Source of the DNA: an uncultured Bdellovibrionales bacterium
GTDB lineage: Bacteria; Patescibacteriota; Minisyncoccia; Moranbacterales; UBA1568
NCBI GenBank assembly: GCA_964543815.1
Contig: CAZIZG010000004.1
Location: 5,438 to 69,437 of the forward strand
Length of the DNA: 64,000 nucleotides
Direction of reading: 5' to 3'
The translations under genes were made by a program, and so were the position numbers. Positions 60,496 through 64,000 of the stretch are shown piece by piece. Every line of letters starts with the position of its first letter. Position 1 is the first letter of the stretch. Below the pieces are notes generated by a model. The model worked only from the letters and a program-made list of their open reading frames with translations. It was not told where the DNA came from and did no database searches.

Positions 60496-62616
60496 TTATG
60501 CCTGCCCCTGCTCCATTCTACGCTTGGCCATTTTATGAGAGAGATTGATTCTTCCCTGGGCATCAATTTCCTTCACAATGACCGGAATAACATCTCCTAC
60601 CTTCGCTACATCCTCTACCCGCTCCACTCGCTCATCCGAAAATTCTGAGATGTGTACCAGGCCTTCTTGATTTGGTAGCACCTCTACAAAAGCACCGAAG
60701 TTCATCAGTCGTGTTACCCGACCCTGAAAGAGCTCGCCAGCTACTACTTCACGTGTGATATTTCGCACCCATTCAACGGCCTTTTTAGCACTCATTTCAT
60801 CAATTGAGGTAATAAAGACTGATCCATCATCTTCGATATCAATAGAAACCCCTGTCTCATCGATAATCTGATTGATCATCTTGCCACCAGGACCGATAAC
60901 ATCACGAATCTTCTCTGGATTGATATGGAGAGTGATGATACGCGGAGCATACGGCGACATAGTCTTTCGCACTTCTGGCATCACTTCAAGCATCTTGCCC
61001 ATAATAAACATCCGTCCCTCTTTGGCCTGAGCAATCGCCACCGAAAGCATATCAGGAGTCAAACCATCGATTTTTACATCCATTTGCATGGCGGTAATAC
61101 CCTCTTTAGTACCGGCCACCTTAAAATCCATATCACCGTAATGATCCTCGAGTCCCTGTATGTCCGAAAGGACTTTGTAAGCCCCATTCTTGCCAGTAAT
61201 AACACCCATAGCGATACCAGCCACTGGCTTCTTAATAGGCACACCCGCATCCATAAGAGAAAGAGTTGAGCCACAAGTAGAAGCCATGGAGGATGAACCA
61301 TTTGATTCGAGCACCTCTGAAACAAGCAGAATAGTATATGGGAACTCTTCCTTGCTTGGTAGCACTGGTATGAGTGCCTTCTCTGCGAGCGCCCCGTGAC
61401 CAACCTCTCGACGACCAGGCCCACGCATCGGCCTTACCTCTCCTACGGAATAGGGAGGAAAATTGTAGAAATGCATGTAACGCTTCTTTTCGTCTGTTTC
61501 CATGGTATCAACCACCATTTCATCACCAGGAGCACCAAGCGTTGTCACTGTAAGAGCCTGGGTTTCACCCCGGGTAAAAACACCTGTGCCGTGGGTTCGT
61601 GGCAACACGCCTACCTTACACCAGATGGGACGAATTTCAGTAAGCTTACGACCATCAGGTCGCGCTTCCTTATCCAAGATATTATGATGAACTGCCTCAT
61701 CAGCTACTTCATCCGTAATAAGTGATAGAAGTTCCGAGAGATTCTTCTGCTCTGGATATTTTTCTCCTGCATAAGCAGCAATACTGGCGTTAATTTCGGC
61801 TGTCTTCGCCTCCATCGCTTGCTTTGGGAGAAGGTAGAGGGCCTCTGCCAAGCCGGATCCTTCGGCAAACTGTCGGATATCGGCTTCAAACTCCTCTGAA
61901 CCACGAAGAACGGCGGCAGCTCGTTTCTCTTTACCTGCCTCTTTGCGAATATCCTCTATAAAAGAAGCAATTTTCTGAATGGCTTCAAATCCAAAATGAA
62001 ATGCTTCGGTCATTTTTTCTTCCGTAATCTCCTGTGCCCCTGCTTCAATCATGTTAATTTTTTCTTTGGTACCCGAAAGAAGCAAGTCGAGAGCACTTAC
62101 CTTACGCTCCTCACTTACTGGATTCAAAATAAAGCTTCCATCCGCAGCCATACCAACCCGCACCGCACCAATTGGTCCATTCCAAGGAATATCAGAAAGG
62201 GTCAGCGCCGCTGAAGCGCCAATCATCGCCACGAGATCCGGGTCATTCTCACCATCGATGGACAATGTCGTCACTACTACCTGCACTTCATTGCGCATAC
62301 GACTGTCGAATAATGGTCGTACCGTACGATCCACCGCCCGACCTGAAAGAACGGCATCATCAGATGGCCGACCCTCACGCTTGATGAAGCGTGAACCCTT
62401 GATCTTTCCCGCAGCATAGTAGCGCTCTTCGTAATCCACCATCAATGGGAAATAGCCCGTAATTTTGGACATTTCCTTACTCATGACTGCTGTCGCAAGG
62501 ACCACTGTATCGCCATACCGGGCCGTCACGGCGCCACTCGCCTGCTTGGCAAACACACCCGTCTCAATAACGAGCTCTCGCCCCCCTAATTGGAGGGACC
62601 ATTTCTTTCCTTCCAT
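60496..62616 (-). CDS. pnp: Polyribonucleotide nucleotidyltransferase (PNPase)
   Basis: Two RNase PH domains, KH, and a C-terminal S1. The ORF track extends to 62706; the likely start is MEGKKW at about 62616. Confidence 0.95.
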   Translation of the reverse strand: MEGKKWSLQLGGRELVIETGVFAKQASGAVTARYGDTVVLATAVMSKEMSKITGYFPLMVDYEERYYAAGKIKGSRFIKREGRPSDDAVLSGRAVDRTVRPLFDSRMRNEVQVVVTTLSIDGENDPDLVAMIGASAALTLSDIPWNGPIGAVRVGMAADGSFILNPVSEERKVSALDLLLSGTKEKINMIEAGAQEITEEKMTEAFHFGFEAIQKIASFIEDIRKEAGKEKRAAAVLRGSEEFEADIRQFAEGSGLAEALYLLPKQAMEAKTAEINASIAAYAGEKYPEQKNLSELLSLITDEVADEAVHHNILDKEARPDGRKLTEIRPIWCKVGVLPRTHGTGVFTRGETQALTVTTLGAPGDEMVVDTMETDEKKRYMHFYNFPPYSVGEVRPMRGPGRREVGHGALAEKALIPVLPSKEEFPYTILLVSEVLESNGSSSMASTCGSTLSLMDAGVPIKKPVAGIAMGVITGKNGAYKVLSDIQGLEDHYGDMDFKVAGTKEGITAMQMDVKIDGLTPDMLSVAIAQAKEGRMFIMGKMLEVMPEVRKTMSPYAPRIITLHINPEKIRDVIGPGGKMINQIIDETGVSIDIEDDGSVFITSIDEMSAKKAVEWVRNITREVVAGELFQGRVTRLMNFGAFVEVLPNQEGLVHISEFSDERVERVEDVAKVGDVIPVIVKEIDAQGRINLSHKMAKRRMEQGQA

Positions 62617-62812
62617 AGACTCTTGGTCCGGAAGGCAAGCTAACAAACACGCGGCTGGGGCCCAGGGCCACACTCGTGTACTTATTAACCGGTACCTGCC
62701 GGACAAAACAATGATTAAGGACCACCCCCACTCTAGCCTCCTTTTACCCTCTTTGTCAAAGAAAATCCCACCTTTATCAGAAGAAAAAAGGTGGGATTTT
62801 TCACATCTGGCT

Positions 62813-63310
62813 TTAAATCAAGTATTTTTTCTTATCATCTGAGAGATTGGTAAAATCATCCGCTTGTTCAATAAGCTTCGCTGAGGCTGATTCAGCAAAA
62901 GCCACTACCTCCACTCGACACCCGTAGGTATTTTGAAGATACTCAACAAGCGAGATATAATCACCATCTCCCGAAACAATGACAATCACGTCCAGCTTGG
63001 GAGCCATTTTGATAGCGTCAATCGCTATACCGACGTCCCAATCTCCTTTTTTGGAGCCGTCATGAAAAATTTGGAGGTCCTTGGTCTTTACCTCATAACC
63101 ACTCTTCCCGAGGGCCTCGAAGAATTTATCTTCGGTTGCTTCCACCGTCTTGATACCATAAGCTAAAGCGCGGATAACTTTTCGGTCACCCACAGCCGAA
63201 AGAAGTACATTTTTAAAATTCACCTTCTTGCTATAGAGCACGCGGGCACTATAGTACATGTTTTGAATATCAACGAAAACCCCTACTCGCTGTTCGGCAA
63301 ATTTGGCCAT
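62813..63310 (-). CDS. NYN-domain (LabA/DUF88-like) protein between rpsO and pnp
   Basis: VGVFVDIQNMYYS ... LDVIVIVSGDGDY. The likely start is MAKFAEQ, downstream of the rpsO terminator hairpin. Confidence 0.75.
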   Translation of the reverse strand: MAKFAEQRVGVFVDIQNMYYSARVLYSKKVNFKNVLLSAVGDRKVIRALAYGIKTVEATEDKFFEALGKSGYEVKTKDLQIFHDGSKKGDWDVGIAIDAIKMAPKLDVIVIVSGDGDYISLVEYLQNTYGCRVEVVAFAESASAKLIEQADDFTNLSDDKKKYLI

Positions 63311-63362
63311 ACTCTTTATAAAAATTGCTGCTGGTTTAAAATCTTCCAAAAAACAAAGGGGC

Positions 63363-63626
63363 CTAGAGCCCCAGTGTTTTGACAAGTGTCTTGTGTGATT
63401 TCTCGTTAGTCTTCTCCAAATACGAGAGCAGTTTCTTGCGCTTTGACACCATTTTCAAGAGTCCGCGCCGTGAGTGAAAATCCTTCTTGTTCTTTTTGAG
63501 GTGCGTCGTTAAACGCTTGATTTCTTCCGTAAACTTGGCCACCTGGTACTCTGGGGAGCCCGTGTCCTTATCGTGCCGCTTTACCGGTGCCGTCACCTTC
63601 TCCTTTTGCTTGTGCGTCAGTGCCAT
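63363..63626 (-). CDS. rpsO: Ribosomal protein S15
   Basis: MALTHKQKEKV...DTGSPEYQVAKFTEEIKRLTTHLKKNKKDFHSRRGLLKMVSKRKKLL. The ORF track start (63725) is too far upstream. Confidence 0.9.
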   Translation of the reverse strand: MALTHKQKEKVTAPVKRHDKDTGSPEYQVAKFTEEIKRLTTHLKKNKKDFHSRRGLLKMVSKRKKLLSYLEKTNEKSHKTLVKTLGL

Positions 63627-63798
63627 AGCATTGTCAGCAAGATACTCGTCCACTCTCTCAAGTGAACCAACATCTGCTCGTGATAAATAATAACAAAAAC
63701 ACAATAGCACAACTTGATAATTCACGCAATCTCAATCTTGACAAAGTTGATTACTACCTGGTTGAATTACAACATCCGCAAGGAGCCAAGGAGGCAAC

Positions 63799-64000
63799 AT
63801 GATACAGGCAACTACTAAGCTTCCGATAGGGATATTCCCTGTCCTCACTCGATGGAATGAGATCATGGGGGGCTACGAGGACGAGCGATCAAGCGACATC
63901 ACATTCCAGGATCCAATCACGGGAGAGCACAGGGTCACGGCAGTTGTCATTCTCTCTGGGCCAGCAAACCCGCTGGATAAGCCCGGGATGCGTGCGCAGA
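63799..64000 (+). CDS. Partial CDS running off the 3' edge
   Basis: Perfect RBS AAGGAGG 5 nt before ATG at 63799. Open to the window end. GC-rich. Confidence 0.5.
   Translation, partial: MIQATTKLPIGIFPVLTRWNEIMGGYEDERSSDITFQDPITGEHRVTAVVILSGPANPLDKPGMRAQ

Noticed and set aside
63780-64000. GC-rich stretch ending ...GGATAAGCCCGGGATGCG, vaguely reminiscent of the RNase P RNA GGAAAGUCCGGGCUCC box
   Set aside because: Only a loose resemblance, with several mismatches and an insertion. The region has a perfect RBS plus ATG and an open frame to the window end, so a partial CDS is the better explanation.
1-64000. CRISPR arrays, rRNA genes, prophage structural modules
   Set aside because: No regularly spaced direct repeats, no rRNA-like conserved blocks, and no capsid, terminase or portal-like ORFs were seen on either strand.

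Overview
This 64 kb window is a gene-dense, mostly minus-strand bacterial segment of about 47-48% GC. Its gene content suggests a small-genome monoderm lineage, possibly Patescibacteria/CPR-like, but that placement is inference only. Points in favour are a short 590-aa IF-2, a sortase next to a giant LPXTG protein, several giant secreted repeat proteins, a VirB3/VirB4/VirB6 plus LysM-CHAP cluster, and many short gene overlaps. Housekeeping genes are recognisable (bipA/typA, infB, cca, rsmA, comM/yifB, lspA, yraN, uvrD/pcrA-like, xer recombinase, rpsO with pnp, and three tRNAs: Ser-CGA, Pro-CGG, Leu-TAG). Also present are an envelope thiol-disulfide set (DsbA-like, DipZ-like CcdA-thioredoxin fusion, cyclophilin), an HtrA-like protease, a TPCP-motif P1B ATPase, an ABC ATPase/FtsX permease pair and an RND/HlyD efflux operon. 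The features most worth follow-up are these. (1) A 12-13 nt motif ATTACACAGGGTR occurs five times, as inverted pairs bracketing a GIY-YIG nuclease gene, a 4-LamG-domain giant gene and an ORF-less 135 bp unit, plus one solo copy in the VirB cluster. (2) A 12 kb co-directional T4SS-like cluster has VirB4 split into two ORFs, begins right after two tRNAs and ends next to a tyrosine recombinase. (3) A 1757-aa ORF contains a canonical internal LPMTG sorting signal followed in frame by a second signal-peptide-led domain, with a sortase gene overlapping its 3' end. (4) An unannotated 50-aa CxxC membrane miniprotein sits behind a perfect consensus promoter and an attenuator-like hairpin. (5) A 0.7 kb non-coding gap carries hairpin/T-run structures of unknown function. 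No CRISPR array or rRNA was seen.
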